64,000 nt of DNA from Eledone cirrhosa (Eukaryota): positions 146,754,001 through 146,818,000 of the forward strand of contig OZ024743.1 of assembly GCA_964016885.1 (NCBI GenBank). Reading direction: 5' to 3'. The notes beneath the pieces are model-generated. The model saw only the letters and a program-made list of their open reading frames with translations, was not told where the DNA came from and did not search any database. Made by a program: the position numbers and the translations under genes. Shown piece by piece: positions 22,336 to 36,481 of this stretch; position 1 is the stretch's first letter, and every line of letters starts with the position of its first letter.

Positions 22336-23738
22336 TTCATATATATATTATGATCATAGGTAATTGGTTACTAATAAACCACAAAGCTAGCACAAACCTT
22401 TCCTAATACTGCCAAACTACAGTAATTTGATACCAGTACTAATAATTATAATATCTATTACAATAACAAAAATATATTTTTATAAAAATAAATGATTGCC
22501 CCACAATTATAAATGCTTAAATAAAAAGATGCTGTTTACAAATGTACTGTAAAAACTCTAAATTTTTTTAAAACCTGCATGAACCTTCTTGCAAATAATT
22601 AAAAAAATCAGATACTCCCAGCATTTTAATTTTAGATATATGTATCACCTGAAGGACATGAATATAAACTAAGAACTGGAATGGGGTATAATTTCCAGGA
22701 AAAAACCCTATGTGAGTAACAGCAATTCCTGGTGAGGTCCTAGAAAATTTGAAATTTTACTTCTTAGAGAACTACTTAGAAAAATGTCAGAACGAATAAC
22801 CTTTTGAAAACATGATGAAAACCTTCTTACAATACAAACCCATGTAGATGGATAAGTGAATAGTTCGAGTGGAATACTTGACAACATACTAAACTTTACC
22901 CATCTTTCGGACAAATTTAGGGAAAACTTTAAGCTACACACATGATCTCATTTAACAATATACACTATGATATGCAATTACCTAATATGTAGCTGTACTT
23001 GACTTCTAAAATGATCAGTCTTTAGTGCTTCATCCAAAACACTTTAAAAAAATTGCGTTGGTATTATATATATATCATAATATAGTTATTATATATATAT
23101 AAAAATATATATATATATCATCATCAACATCATCATCATTTTACGGCCGCTTTGTGTGTGTGTGTGTCTGCGTGTGTGTATGTATAAACACACATATATG
23201 AATGTGTGTATGTTTGTGTGTGTGATTGTATGTATTTGTGACCGCAAGTCTATCTATTATTTAGTGTCGGATATTTTATTATCTAATAATTGAAATTGAA
23301 ATAGGTAATACTAAAACATAGTTTGGTTAAGAACATATAGCATCTATGCATAAATTGCTTTAGAATATCATAAGTTTAGTCTAACGGATTAATGACCAGG
23401 AGTTTCTTCAATTAGATGAGATTTCATATCACTAAATAGAACTCTTATTTTCTATACCTCCACAGGCTACCTCTAGCACTAGCCAGATAAAGTCAACAAG
23501 GAAAATAGCCTGATAAATTCCACAATAACTTTAATAGCAAGTATAAATAATGCTCCATTTCATAAATAATCTAAATGTTTCTGAAGTGAATGTGAGTTGA
23601 CTTCCATTCAAAACAAATGTTATTCTGTAAAACAACTAAAAATAAATAAAAGTTTATATAGAAATTTGTGTATATATATATATATATATATATACATACA
23701 TATCTATATATTTATATATATATATATATATATCTATA

Positions 23739-23801
<63 letters not shown>

Positions 23802-24097
23802 GTATGTATGTATATATATATATATGTGTGTGTGCGTGTGTGCGCGAGCGCTATTAGTTTATCAGATAAATACACAAAAGCGAATAGATATACAAATATT
23901 TAGGAGTGATTATGTTCAGACCTGTTTATGATTGCTTCTATTTATAACAGAATTTGTGAACTATTATTGTTTGGTATTTTCACCAAGAATTTTTTAATTA
24001 AAAAACCATTTAGTTGAGAATAGCTATGCATATTTATATTCATATATTTACATATGTATATCTTGAAATCTTTCTTAGTATATATACGCACATACAC

Positions 24098-24137
<40 letters not shown>

Positions 24138-24516
24138 TTGTTATGTATATATATATATATATATGAATATACATCTGATATGTTTATATATATATACAAC
24201 TCACATGCAAACATGCACATACATTTTACTCACAATTTTAAGCTCGTATATATATATATGTTCTTTTTTTATAGGTTTAAGTCATTAGACTGCAGCAATG
24301 CTTGGCGCAGTCTTGAAAAGCTTTTATCAACTCTGATACTTATTTTATCGATCTCTTTTCATGAAACCACTACATTTTGGAATATAAATTAATAGTAAAC
24401 GTAATCACAGACATGACCACACACTCTACACATCCATACACAATTATAAACATACATACATACATATATATATACACACACACACACATATATATACATA
24501 TATTATATATATATTA

Positions 24517-24629
24517 TCTGAGTTCAAATCCCGCCGAGGTTGACTTTGCCTTTCATCCTTACGGGGTCGATAAAATAAAGTACCAGTAATGCACTGGATA
24601 ATTGCTGGCCTTGTGCCTAAAGTAGAAAC

Positions 24630-24633
<4 letters not shown>
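24517..24633 (+). mobile_element. SINE A, 5'-truncated
   Basis: Matches the family consensus from the B-box to the tail. Confidence 0.9.
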
Positions 24634-24715
<82 letters not shown>

Positions 24716-24720
24716 ATATA

Positions 24721-24863
<143 letters not shown>

Positions 24864-25460
24864 GTATATATATATATATGTATATATTTACACACACATT
24901 CACATATTTATTTCAATCTATTTATCCATCTACCTACTGATATATCAATATAGCTAACTATCTCATTCTCTCTTTATCTCATTTTCATACTCACCCCCCC
25001 CCTCTCTCCCTATGATAAATAAATAAAAATACATATGTACATATGTACACATACCTGAATATTAATATTTTTTTTCATTTCTTGAATGAGTTTGTTGTGC
25101 AAGTGAGACAGTATTGTATGTTAGGTGTGTGTGAATGTTTCTCTGATGTATTTTGATTTTTACTTTAATGAAAAAAAAAGTATCTTTGCTTTTCAGATAT
25201 TTTAAAGGACTTTCACAAATGAAAAAAAAAGAAGTTTAAAAAACGAATAAATGAAAATATATGCATGTTAAAAAGTTGTGAAAAAACATATTTTAGAAAT
25301 GGAAAGAGAAAAAGAGAAAGATTGAAATATTTATTCCATTACGAGTTTATAATGTAATCTATTTCCTGAAAGATGAGCCCTGGAAACGAGAAGACAAGGG
25401 GATAAGGGAGCTGGGTTCTACAATTACTTTCACTTTCAGAAGAAGGATCAAATAAGAAAA

Positions 25461-25518
<58 letters not shown>

Positions 25519-25568
25519 TGTATGTATGTATGTATGTATGTATGTATGTATGTATATGGGTATGTATG

Positions 25569-25600
<32 letters not shown>

Positions 25601-25624
25601 TGTTTGCATGTATGTATATATATA

Positions 25625-25659
<35 letters not shown>

Positions 25660-26215
25660 AGAGAGAGAGAAGGAGATGGATTTAACACATAAGATTTTCA
25701 GTTGATTGATCAACAAATCTAGCTACCTCATGGAAATATGGAGTTTTTCACACCTAATTTCACCGATAACATAATGTTCATACAGAATCAACATGAATCT
25801 GTTAATACTATCCTTTGAATGACATACATTTATTTACGGTACATTTTCTTTGCAATAGTATTTTCCAAAGTTTGGGTTAAGATTTAGTAGGAGACCAAAT
25901 GAAAATTAAAATTCTGTAAAGCTTCATAGCAACTGAGTTTTTCTTTGATATTACATAACTTTACCATTGTGAGTGTCGATATCTAATTACTTTTAGATGA
26001 TGAAGCTCATAGCTGTATATTTTATTACATTGGTGATTTTGTAGAAACATACGACCTGTTACTATAAATCTATTTAGATATATTTAAGCTTCAATCTATT
26101 TTTTTATTCTGGTTGTCTAGAAAGCTCTAAACTTTAGTTCATGAAACACTTTCGAACACACTTGGTTCGGAATGTATTTCTTGATATAGTTTGCAAAATA
26201 ATATATTAGCTTTAA

Positions 26216-26409
26216 CCCTTTAACATTATCCGACTAGAGTTCATGAAACACTTTCTGTTCAAACCATCTGCAACTGACCTCCCATACTGATGTTAAGGTA
26301 TTTTTCTCAAAATAAATAATTTTGAAATCTCATGAATTCGATATTATGTGAGATAAAGGCTTTATCATGAAAATATAATAGTAAATAGAGTAATGTAAAT
26401 GCTAAAGGG
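26216..26409. mobile_element. piggyBac-like MITE
   Basis: TTAA-CCCTTTAACATT ... AATGCTAAAGGG-TTAA. Sibling at 39932-40145. Confidence 0.75.
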
Positions 26410-27233
26410 TTAAATACAGCTGTGACTATATCTATTGAGTTCTCTGCTGAGTAGTACTGCGGTTAAATATGGAAGACCTGAATTCATATGAAGCTTCATG
26501 GGATTGTGATATCTGGTGACTTCACTATTGCAAGTATATGAAGAGATTGGATATATCTCCAGTAAGACCAACACTTTACTCTCAGTTACTCAACAGTACT
26601 GAGTTAGAGTAGCAACACCCAAACTATATACATTAGTGCAATCAAATTTAAGATAAGTTTAAATAAAAAAGAAAAAAAATGTTTGAAAATATATTCACAA
26701 GGATTTACACATAGAAATACAGTAAACCTTATAAACATGGGGCTAGACAGACAAAATTCTATAAAAAACAAGGGTGCGTGCAAAGATGTTATGTGATAAG
26801 CAGATTAATAGTATAAAATCACGAAATAAGCATAAAATTATTATAAAACACAATAATTAACACAAGATATGATATAAAACATAAAATATTTAAGGTTACC
26901 CATAGGTCAGAACCAACTAGTTCAGTGAGAATGGATCACATCCTTGTTCACTCAACACATAGTATAATTCCCAGGGATCACCAAAATCCCCTGTAATCAT
27001 TTCTTCAGTGATTTCATCAATAAAAGCAACCACATACTCCGAACAGAAAAATTTCATCTCTTCAGATACTTTTGTTGCTAGAAGTAATAGTCTATCATCT
27101 TGCAGCTTTCATTAACAATCCTTTATTTTCAAGTCCATCCAGATTTTGTATAGGTTTTCCTCCTTCAATTCATGCATTTTCTTAATCTACTCAGTGTTGC
27201 AGGTGCATACAGACTCATTTCATCATTCTACAC

Positions 27234-27402
27234 CAGCATTTATCAACTGGTATTCCCTGGAACCCTACAGTTCTGCATAGATCACTAGGGGTTCTGCAAG
27301 AAACAGTTAGATGCATTTAGATATTAATATTTATACAGAGATTCCCTGAGACATGAAACTATTTCAAGGGTTCCAAAAGGGTAAAAAGGTTGAATAATGC
27401 TG
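27234..27402. mobile_element. hAT-like MITE (old)
   Basis: TIR cagcatttatcaac / gttgaataatgctg. Degenerate 8-bp TSD ttctacac / ctctgcac. Confidence 0.6.
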
Positions 27403-27414
27403 CTCTGCACAGAT

Positions 27415-27790
27415 CTTGGACTGAACTGTTAGACAGCACATCTGGGCCTGTAAAATTTGTCTTGAACCAGCAGTGCTCTCTGGTAGCACTGCAAGGACTT
27501 TTGGAAATTATTGAAAGCCCTCGGTTGAAAGTACTTGGGAACAGACTAGTCAGTTCATATTAGTTGGTGACTAGAGTTTCACCAAAAACATCATTGTTTT
27601 TTGCCAACCACAAGTTCTCTATAGAATGCCATACAGAATTTCCACCAACTACATTACCTAGATTGCTGTGTACATCTGACAACATTCCAGATGCCAGGCG
27701 AACAGTGTTCAACTTCCTTTGACTAAAGACTGCAGCTCAATCAGAGATAAGTTGTGGAAAGTTATTCCTGGCAAAAAGGTGATGACACCT
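27415..27790 (-). pseudogene. Highly degenerate Tx1 ORF2 3' fragment
   Basis: Aligns by eye with 8200-8590 (ggtagcactgc, ggaaatt, ctagagtttc). Confidence 0.7.
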
Positions 27791-28848
27791 GTTTCCCATC
27801 TAGGAACGTTTGCAAATACTGTGACACACACAAATACACATATATTTGAGTATGCATGCACATGAGTGTGTATGTGTGACATACATCAATAAATGCAGAA
27901 AAGTACATAAGAAATAATCATACAAAAGTAAATTAAGAAATTAATTAAAAAATAATATTAAAACTGAACATTAATCAAAGCAAACAATTTAATAGACAGA
28001 AACAGAAATTTTGAAAAAAAAAATTAAAAAAAGATGAGAAAATTCTAAAAATGAACAAATCCAAGTAAACAAAAAAATAATGAATAATTATGTCAAAAAA
28101 TCAAGAAATGAAGAGAATGACTTTTTTAAGTATTGAAATACTTGTAATCTTAGTCCCTCAGCTGGAGTGAAGTATTCAATTGACATAGCATTTGATGGCC
28201 ACCACTTGAATTGGAGGAGACATTCTCTGATTGGTCTTTGGTACTTTGGGCATGTTATCCATACTGCCTTGTCTCCTTGTGCTTGTTATTGATGTTGCTG
28301 TTATTGTAATTGTTGTGGTTGTTGTTGTTGTTGCAGTTGTTCCTGTTGTTGTTGCCATTGATAGTTATTATCACATTGGCTCATGGTACTTCATTTAATT
28401 TCTCAACTTCTATCTTATTTTCGCTTATTTTGCTATTTTTATTGTTGTTGTTGTTGCTGGTTGGAATGTTGGATTGTGGGGGTAGACGTGGGGGTGTAAG
28501 TGGGCAGGTAGTTTTGAAACCCTGATCTCTGTGTTTGACAGGTTGTTTCAAGTAGTTAGTTTTGAAATTGGTGAGCAGTTAACTAACAACCTGCTGCCAT
28601 TTTTAGATTCCCCTACACACTTTCCTCACTCTGTATATATATATATATCATACATATACCATATATATATCATATATACACCATATATAAATATATATAT
28701 ATATATATTGATAACATATACATAATATTCATATGCATGACAAATATATATACAGATATATATATGTGTGTATGTGCATGTGCATGCCTATACATATTAA
28801 TAGTCTAGCTCCAGAATTGTTCTATGTAGACCACTCCAGCATATTAAC

Positions 28849-28900
<52 letters not shown>

Positions 28901-29629
28901 TTATATATAATATATAATTAAGGTATTCGCTCTGACATAGCTGTATACATATAGGTATTTGTATATATACATATATATATACACATACAATTCTATTGTT
29001 TACTATATCAATATTCATACATGCTTGTACAACCTCACACATACTCACTCTCTCCAACATATACATATAACATACATATTGCATATCTGGGTGAGTTGTA
29101 TTGAAAACCGATCCAGCCCATGCCAACATATAGGAGCAAACATTAAATGTAATACTATAATGAACTTGTGCATGTATCACCCCACCCTATCCCACTACTA
29201 TCACCACCACCACCACCACCACCACCACCACCACCACCACCAACACCACCACTACCACTATGATCCTTTTCCATCTGCCTTTTCAAGCTTGCGTGGGTTG
29301 TACATGCCTCTTCTTGCACAGCATTTAATCATTTGTTGAGATCCTTTATCTTTCATGATGTTGAAACTCTTGCTTTTAGCAATTCTTCCTTTCTCTTTGA
29401 TCACTTAGAACTTCTTTACCCAACTGGTATCCTTCATATTTATATCAGTGTAGTATTTCTCTTTCATACTACATCTGATTGTTTATGTCCATTCTTTTCC
29501 AGAGATTATTTCTGTTCTTTTGCTCACAAACACAAATTTAAACATCGATTAGACTATGCCCACTATTGGTTCCAATGTAAAAACCACCAGTCTGAGAGAG
29601 AGGACATCTTGAAGCCGATCATTAAAAAA

Positions 29630-29686
29630 CTACCAAGATTGGATATACAGTATATTCTACCAAGATTGGATATACAGTATATTCTA
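29630..29686. repeat. 27-bp tandem duplication
   Basis: ctaccaagattggatatacagtatatt occurs twice in tandem. Confidence 0.9.
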
Positions 29687-30207
29687 GAAGATCTACCATT
29701 TTAAAACAAATTCTTTGAGTATATGGAGGTTACAAAAAGATTCAACAGAACATTCTAGCTGCTTTACAGCTTCCCTTGCTTTCCATTTTTGTCTACCTTT
29801 TTTAATCCTTAGTTTGATCTGCGTTGGCCTTCCCTATTTAATTTTTTTAAAATCAAATAAAATTAAAAAAAAAAAAAGTATTATTTTTGTATTCACTTAT
29901 CTCTGTCTATCTTGTTTTTTTTTGTAGTTTTTTCAACTGTAAGAAGTACTAGATACTTCCCCTACTAATTCAAATTGATTAAATAGATAAATATTTTCTT
30001 TCCAACTTTTGAACATCTTTATCATTCAGAGACCATGTTCCACTTGCATGCAGTGTGACACTTGGTACATAAGCATTAAATCTATCCATCTCCTAGGAAG
30101 AGAATTCCCTTACTTCAAAGGTAGTAATTTCCCGGCAACTATGATTTTGGAGCAACTGTTTCCACTGCTAATTTAATCACCTTAGTATGGAAAACTATCA
30201 GTTATTA

Positions 30208-30420
30208 CAAGGGTTGGCTGAACAATTCATAGGTTGAAAAGTTTATAGGCTGACAAAGGTACTCTCATAGGATGACCAAATAAGGTTTATTTTCAACAGG
30301 CTCCTGGAAAAAAAACTATGTAGTTATTAATAAGAAGAGTTGAAATGAATGCATGCAAGATTTCACCACTCTAGCATCAATCCTTCACTTTCAGTCTATG
30401 AGCTTTTCAGCTGACTCTTG
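30208..30420. mobile_element. Mariner-like MITE (old)
   Basis: TA-caagggttggctgaacaattcataggttgaa ... ttcagtctatgagcttttcagctgactcttg-TA. Confidence 0.7.
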
Positions 30421-31067
30421 TATTAGGAAGGCATCTGAGCTTTTTAAATAATTTATTTTAGTGATTACCCTGGCTGATTCAGCTGATGTCTCTGCCTTTA
30501 TATCTTTAACTGGCTTTTGACTATATAGCTGCCAACCACATTATCTGTTCTCTGTTTTGTGTCTACACACATTCTCCTCTTTTAGCAAACTCTTACAATA
30601 ACACTACTTTGAAATCCAGCTTTCCTATGTAATATCAACATTAAGATTATCTAAATTGATATCTTTACTTTTAAACATGATCAAAATATTGACTATTTTG
30701 ATTAATTTTCTTATAGAATTGAGTGTTACAGGAACCAAATCAAAAAGAGCCCCAAACCTTTATCAATTCACTGTGGAGTCACAACATATTATTGCTTAGT
30801 CTGAAGAGAAAGAGCAGCTTGCATGACCTTTTTTATGGTCTTGAAAACTGGTGACATGAATAGAGAAAGTTATACAACAGGGACCCAAGGGCCTGGTGGT
30901 GGTATTCAACTGGGTAATGGATTAAGTCTACCTCCTAATGGATTGAGAAGAGGCATTGTAAAAATTGTAAACTGTTATTAGTTTTTGTTGTTGTTATTGT
31001 TGGATGTTTAGTTCCAGGTCAGCTCAGATCAAATAAAACTATGATCAAAAGGTTTTTCAATCATAAC

Positions 31068-31100
<33 letters not shown>

Positions 31101-31254
31101 TTTATGTCCGCTTTTCCCTGCTTGCAAGGGTGGGACATCCTGCTGAATTTTTCCAGAAACAAAACAAAGAGATCCAAAACTTTTAGCAACAATATAACTA
31201 TTATGTACCATGGATTGAAGTTCTGTAGGTGGTAAAATACTATATTAGTTAGAA

Positions 31255-31530
31255 GCATTTCATGGGTGTATAATCAAGTATTTTATGTGTGTATAATTGC
31301 TAAATTCTTAATATTAGTTGGTAATTTCATAAGTATATATTTGTTGATTGCTTCAGGGGTGTATAATGAAGTGCTTCATGAGTATATACTTGTTGTTTCA
31401 TAGGTGTGTAAATGTCAAGTGCTTCATGAGTGTGAAATTGTTCATTGCTTCATAGGTGTATAATTGATCTATTCATCATAGGTCTATAATTGTTCAGTCC
31501 AGCAAAGGTGTATAATTCTTAAATATTTTG
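31255..31530. repeat. Degenerate minisatellite (about 23-28 bp unit)
   Basis: Recurrent (gcttc)at(a/g)ggtgtataatt units, about ten copies. Confidence 0.75.
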
Positions 31531-31639
31531 CCTTAAAGCCTACAATGAGTAATGCCTAACAAGTTCAGGTAGATGCCTTATTGTCTTGACAGAAAGGAAT
31601 CTTCTACAGAGCCCTCTCAACCAGTTCAGTGTCCATTTA

Positions 31640-31860
31640 ATGAGAGACCTGATTGCTTGCCTGTAGAAAAAGCAACCAAATCTCCCTCAAATCACAAATT
31701 CACCACTTTAAATAAGGAAAGGGCAAATTTGGTAATGTAGACCGAGAGATACTCCTAAAAAAGTGGAGTTAAGTGTAGAATATTTTTGATTATAGGTCTG
31801 CCTGATCAGGGTTAATGTGGCTAAACAACAAAAACAATGGTAGCAACAACTGTAACAATA
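31640..31860 (+). repeat. Ancient dispersed repeat (gctagaaatagcagccaaatctccctcaaatcac family, (AAC)n-like tail)
   Basis: Diverged copies also at about 38000-38180 (-), 38750-38930, 40775-40860 and 52280-52455. Confidence 0.6.
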
Positions 31861-32471
31861 ATAACAGCTACAGCAGCAGCAGTAACAGCAATATGCTCAG
31901 TGTAGTCACAAAATCTTTGTCAACAAACTCTCTATTCTCTTTAACAAAATCTTTATAAATCTACCACCACCATCCCACTGACATCATTACCATCAGAATT
32001 ATCATCAACCACCCACTTACCTCCACCCTCATGATGATCATCATCATGACATTCATCACTTTCACCTCAATCATCATCATCCTCATCATTATTAACATCA
32101 TCATCAACATTATTCTTGTGTTGTTCAAAAATATTAATCAGTAATTGAATAAAAGAAACAGTTTTTGTTGTTGTTCCTATATGATGATAGAAAGACTTAA
32201 CAACATTAAATATTGAACAGATTGTTTATTGCTCTGGCAATATTGTTTGATGGCTTGATCACCTTTACCTTTGTTTTCTAAAAGATTTCACTAAATTTAC
32301 TTTGTTTCCTTAATAAGCTCTCATTCAATTATTTTAAGAATATTATTTCTAATAATACATTCATGGTTGAAATGAAAACCAAATAACAAACTCTCATTTG
32401 ATTTCCTGTCAGTTCCCAACCCAACACTACCTCTTCAATATTTCAAAATTTTCTGTTTCTTGTTAACACCC

Positions 32472-32546
<75 letters not shown>

Positions 32547-32859
32547 TTGCTTTTCTATATCTTTCTTTTTATTCAACCCATCCTTTTAATTCTTTTCTTT
32601 CTCTCAGTTTTTTACTAACTCTCTTTTTTTTTCATACCATTTTTTTCATGTTGATGATTTATTTATTATTTTTCTCTCTTAGTTTTAAAGACATTCTTCT
32701 ATTTAACTCTTTTTACTCTAAATTATAATCAACTTCACTTCTTTCTTTTTCCTTATATTCTCCCCCTCACTCCTTCCACTTCTCTTTCTCTCTGTCTCTA
32801 ACTGTGTAATTTTGTTTCCTGTGTTTTATTTTGTTTCATTTAACTAAATATATATATAT

Positions 32860-33231
32860 TCTGTTTCTCCCCTTCTCACCTCTTCCCGTTCGCTACGAAA
32901 ACGATTTTCCTTCTTTCTAACATCGGATTCACTAGCAGAAGGTCTGTTTCTAACTCGCTCATATATTCACACAGCTTATGCTGATAGAATAACCATGTTG
33001 CTTGTGTTTCTTTCCATCTTCGGTTAGCTTTCCCCTGTGTTGTTTACTTGTCTCACTCGCTTTACGCGTTTTAATTGTCCTAATAACTTATTTTAGTTAT
33101 TATCGCACCAACGTGAGGTATCTGATTTTTAATGCGATGAAATACCAATGATCGTTGGCAAATCACTGACGAGGAACTCATTTTATAACATGTATCCATG
33201 TGCAACCATGCAGTATTCTTCTCCCCATATT

Positions 33232-33232
<1 letters not shown>
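32860..33232 (+). mobile_element. Second copy of the 19080 direct-repeat family
   Basis: Shares aataactttatt..agttatt..cgcaccaac..gaggtat..gcgatgaaataccaatg..atcactga..ccatgtgcaac. Flanked by TA runs. Confidence 0.75.
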
Positions 33233-33278
<46 letters not shown>

Positions 33279-33501
33279 TAGAAGGGATATTTAATTTGTT
33301 GGGAGTCCTAACTGATTCAGAGTACTCGGAATATTCAACTGATAAGGTATGTTTTTCCTTGGTTATGTCAAAATTTATAAAACATTCTTTGTATTTTATC
33401 TGATGAAAGCGTACCAAAGTTTTTTTGCTACCCTTGAAATATATATATAATAGAATAAATATGGTTTTATAAATATAGTTTCCATTTATTTAATATCATT
33501 T

Positions 33502-33534
<33 letters not shown>

Positions 33535-33575
33535 GTGTGTGTGTATATGCATATATATATATATATATAAATATG

Positions 33576-33677
33576 CAGGGTGTCCCAATAAATGTATACA
33601 CTCTTCAACAGGATTCTAATAAATATTGCCTTTACAGGTAATCAGAGTATGTGTATACATTTTGGGGGGACACTCTG
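33576..33677. mobile_element. Tc1-like MITE
   Basis: cagggtgtcccaataaatgtatacac / gtgtatacattttggggggacactctg. Confidence 0.7.
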
Positions 33678-33683
33678 TGTATA

Positions 33684-35024
33684 TATCATCATCATCATCA
33701 CCGTTTTACATCCGTTCTTCCACGATAGCATGGGTTAGACGGGTTGTCCTGTTGTGGGCAGTGTGTGGTCGGCTGACCATGCCTTGCTCATACAGGAACT
33801 GATTTGGCTTGATTTCTACAGCTGGATGTGTTTCCTAACACCAACTTCATTTACAGTGAATGCTGGGTGCTTTTTCGTGGCGCCTACACGTCCACTTTAC
33901 AGTGTGGGCTGGGTGCTTTTTTGCCGTGGCACCTCCACGACCACCTTGCAGTGGGGGGTGTGGAGGCATATTGTCTATATGCTTCAGCTTGTACCCATGG
34001 GAGGTCGGGTACTCTGTATTACTGTGTGACGCCAGAGGTCATGGTCGTGTGTCATCACCTTTGAGAGGTGTAATTGGGTAAGGTCGGCTTTTATCACCTC
34101 ATCCCAGGTCATCTTGGGTCTCCCCACTCCGCGGTTTCCATTGACTTCTAGTGCTCTGCACCTTTTTATGCAGCTGTCATCCTTCATACGCATCACGTGT
34201 CCAAACCAGCGCAACCGCCTCTCCTGCACACAGCATTTGATTCCTCTTATGCTCAGTCTCTCTCTCAATTCATTTATGCTTTGTCGTTCACGTATATTAC
34301 TGTTACACATCCATCGGAGAATGCAGGCTTCGTTTCTCTCTAATCTACGTAAGTCTTCCACCTTCAGCGCCCAGGTCTCACTACCATGCAACATCGTTGT
34401 TCGGATACACGCATCATACAGTCTGCCTTTTATTTTGAGGGAGAAGCCTTTTGCAGCTAGCAGTGGTAGTAGTTCCCTAAACTTCTTCCATCCTGTTCTT
34501 ACCCTAGTTATTGTACTTTCTGAACACCCACCTCCGCTGCTAATTCGGTCACCTAGGTAGCAGAAGCTGTCTACTGTTTCTACAGAGCCCTCCCAGAGAT
34601 TGGTGGTACTTGTTTCCTGTGGCTGTTTTCTGCTTGCTGTCCCAGCACAGCTGCTGCATGTGAAGCCTACATTCTTAATTAAGCTTCCTGAGATCCCGCT
34701 ACATCTCTTGTGTACCCATTGTTTGCATTTGGGGCAGAGAATGGAGTTCCTACCTACACCTTTCCTACATACTGAGCAAGGCCAGTTCCCTGAGGGGATC
34801 TGGGTTCTGTTTTCTCGTCTACTTACAAGGACCTTAGTCTTTGTCATGTTGACTTTGAGACCCTTTCTTTCTAGTCCCTGCTTCCAAGTTTGGAATTTAT
34901 TCTCTAGTTCTACCATAGATTCAGCTATAAGTGCGAGGTCATCAGCATACAGGAGTTCCCATGGGCATCCGGTCTTAAACTCCTCCGTTATTGCCTGCAG
35001 GACTATGATGAACAGGAGGGGCTA
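33684..35024 (-). mobile_element. RTE-clade LINE, 5'-truncated (RT C-half + 3' UTR + (GAT)n tail)
   Basis: CPWELLYADDL, GLKVNMTKTK, Cys-rich insert CSVC..CPKC..HKRC..CSSC, FCYLG, MLHGSETW, RLRWFGHV, GRPKMTW. Confidence 0.93.
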
Positions 35025-35120
35025 ATATATATATACATATATATATTGAGATAAGAACTCAGGGTAGTCCCTTACAATTAAATAGCTCTAAGAAAGAAGC
35101 TTTTTTGAGCCGTACAATAT

Positions 35121-35442
35121 AATTGAATAAACAAGAGAGATGAACACTAATATAAACATACATGTGTTCGAATCGTAAGGAGTAAAATTTTCTAAGGTGA
35201 AAAAATACTAACTATAATAAGTCGTTGCGAAACAGTCTCCAACACTGTCTAGTTGTTACCAGGCATTTTTGCCCAATATAGGTCTGTTTTTTTCCTTAAT
35301 TTTTCTTAATTTAATATTTAAACTTAAGGAGAACAAACTACATTGCTATAGTTAGTATTTTTTCACCCTAGCAAATCTTAGTCCTTACGATTCGAACACA
35401 TGTATGTTTATATTAGTGTTCATCTCTCTTGTTTATTCAATT
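35121..35442. mobile_element. Fold-back/MITE with about 100-bp TIRs, flanked by TA
   Basis: aattgaataaacaagagagatgaacactaatataaacatacatgtgttcgaatcgtaagga is inverted exactly at the right end, and similarity continues inward. Confidence 0.85.
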
Positions 35443-35797
35443 ATATATATATATATATATACATTAGAAAGTGAGGTTTTTTTTACAAAATGAAAAAAAG
35501 TGAGGTGTCCTACACGAGTGAAAGTATAAGGAAAAAAGATGAAATCGAAAATGCAACTGGAGTCTTTTTTAAAAAAAATATATTTACCGGTTTTGCAGTT
35601 CTTGTGCTTTTCAAAAGTAGAATTGAGATGGAGGGTTTGTAGTTTTTCATATAGTTCCTCTTTATTTACGTCTCTTTCTTTCTGTCATCCCTGTGTAATT
35701 AATTTCATTCTAGCTATCCCCCTATCTGCCTCTACATATATTAAGGTTACTATACACCCCAAAGAGGTAAACAGTTATAAAGACAGTAATATATATA

Positions 35798-35946
35798 TAT
35801 CATCATCATCGATTAACGTCCATCTTCCATGCTGGCATGGATTAGACGAGTCCTATTTTGAGGCAAGTTGTGTCGGGTGACCATGTCTCGCACAAATCGG
35901 GGTGTTTCTGGTTGGTTTTCTATGGCTGGATGCCCTTCCTAACGCC
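35798..35946 (-). mobile_element. RTE-type 3' end fragment
   Basis: catcatcatcgattaacgtccatcttccatgctggcatgg... Similar fragments at about 19730-19856 (+), 31070-31140 (-) and 40580-40640 (-). Confidence 0.7.
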
Positions 35947-35962
35947 TCTTTATATATATATA

Positions 35963-36290
35963 CGAGGTGTGTCAGAAAAGTTCCAGGACTGATGTCACAA
36001 AAGATTTATTTCAAACCCAAACGTCACACTAAGAGTTTTCTCCTTCAAAGTAATCCCCCTGGAGTCTAATGCACTTTCGATTGCAAAGCCAATGCTCTAA
36101 CCACTAAGCCATGTGCCTCCAGTTTTGATGTATATAAAATTATGAAGAAAAAAGTTTGATCACTGCAGAGAGCTAAAATTACAGATACATACTCCAGAGG
36201 GATTATGAAGGAGAAAACTCTTAGTGTGAAGTTTGGGTTTGAAATAAATCTTTTGTGACATCAGTCCTGGAACTTTTCTGACACACCTCG
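35963..36290. mobile_element. Mariner-like MITE with about 100-bp TIRs and TA TSD, containing a SINE B head fragment
   Basis: TA-cgaggtgtgtcagaaaagttccaggactgatgtcacaaaag ... cctcg-TA. 36076-36121 is the tRNA-like SINE B head on the minus strand. Confidence 0.88.
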
Positions 36291-36299
36291 TAAATATAT

Positions 36300-36481
36300 T
36301 ATTATTTCTACTTTTGGCACAAGGCCAGCAATTATCCCAGTGCATTACTGGTACTTTATTTCATCGACCCTGTAAGGATGAAAGGCAAAGTTAACCTCGG
36401 CGGGATTTGAACTCAGACCATAAAGGGCCGTAACTCTTTGCTGCAAAGCATGGCGTCCGACCCTCTACCGATACTGCCAAT
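36300..36481 (-). mobile_element. SINE A
   Basis: Consensus match. Further copies at 36838-36931 (-), 38404-38600 (-), 40367-40546 (-), 42828-43023 (+) and 43930-44070 (+). Confidence 0.9.

Noticed and set aside
28140-28620. Q/N/T-rich minus-strand stretch resembling an exon or ORF1 relic
   Set aside because: All frames examined are interrupted by stops, and the similarity is only low-complexity.
31255-31530. CRISPR array
   Set aside because: Eukaryotic context, degenerate repeats, no unique spacers and no cas genes.
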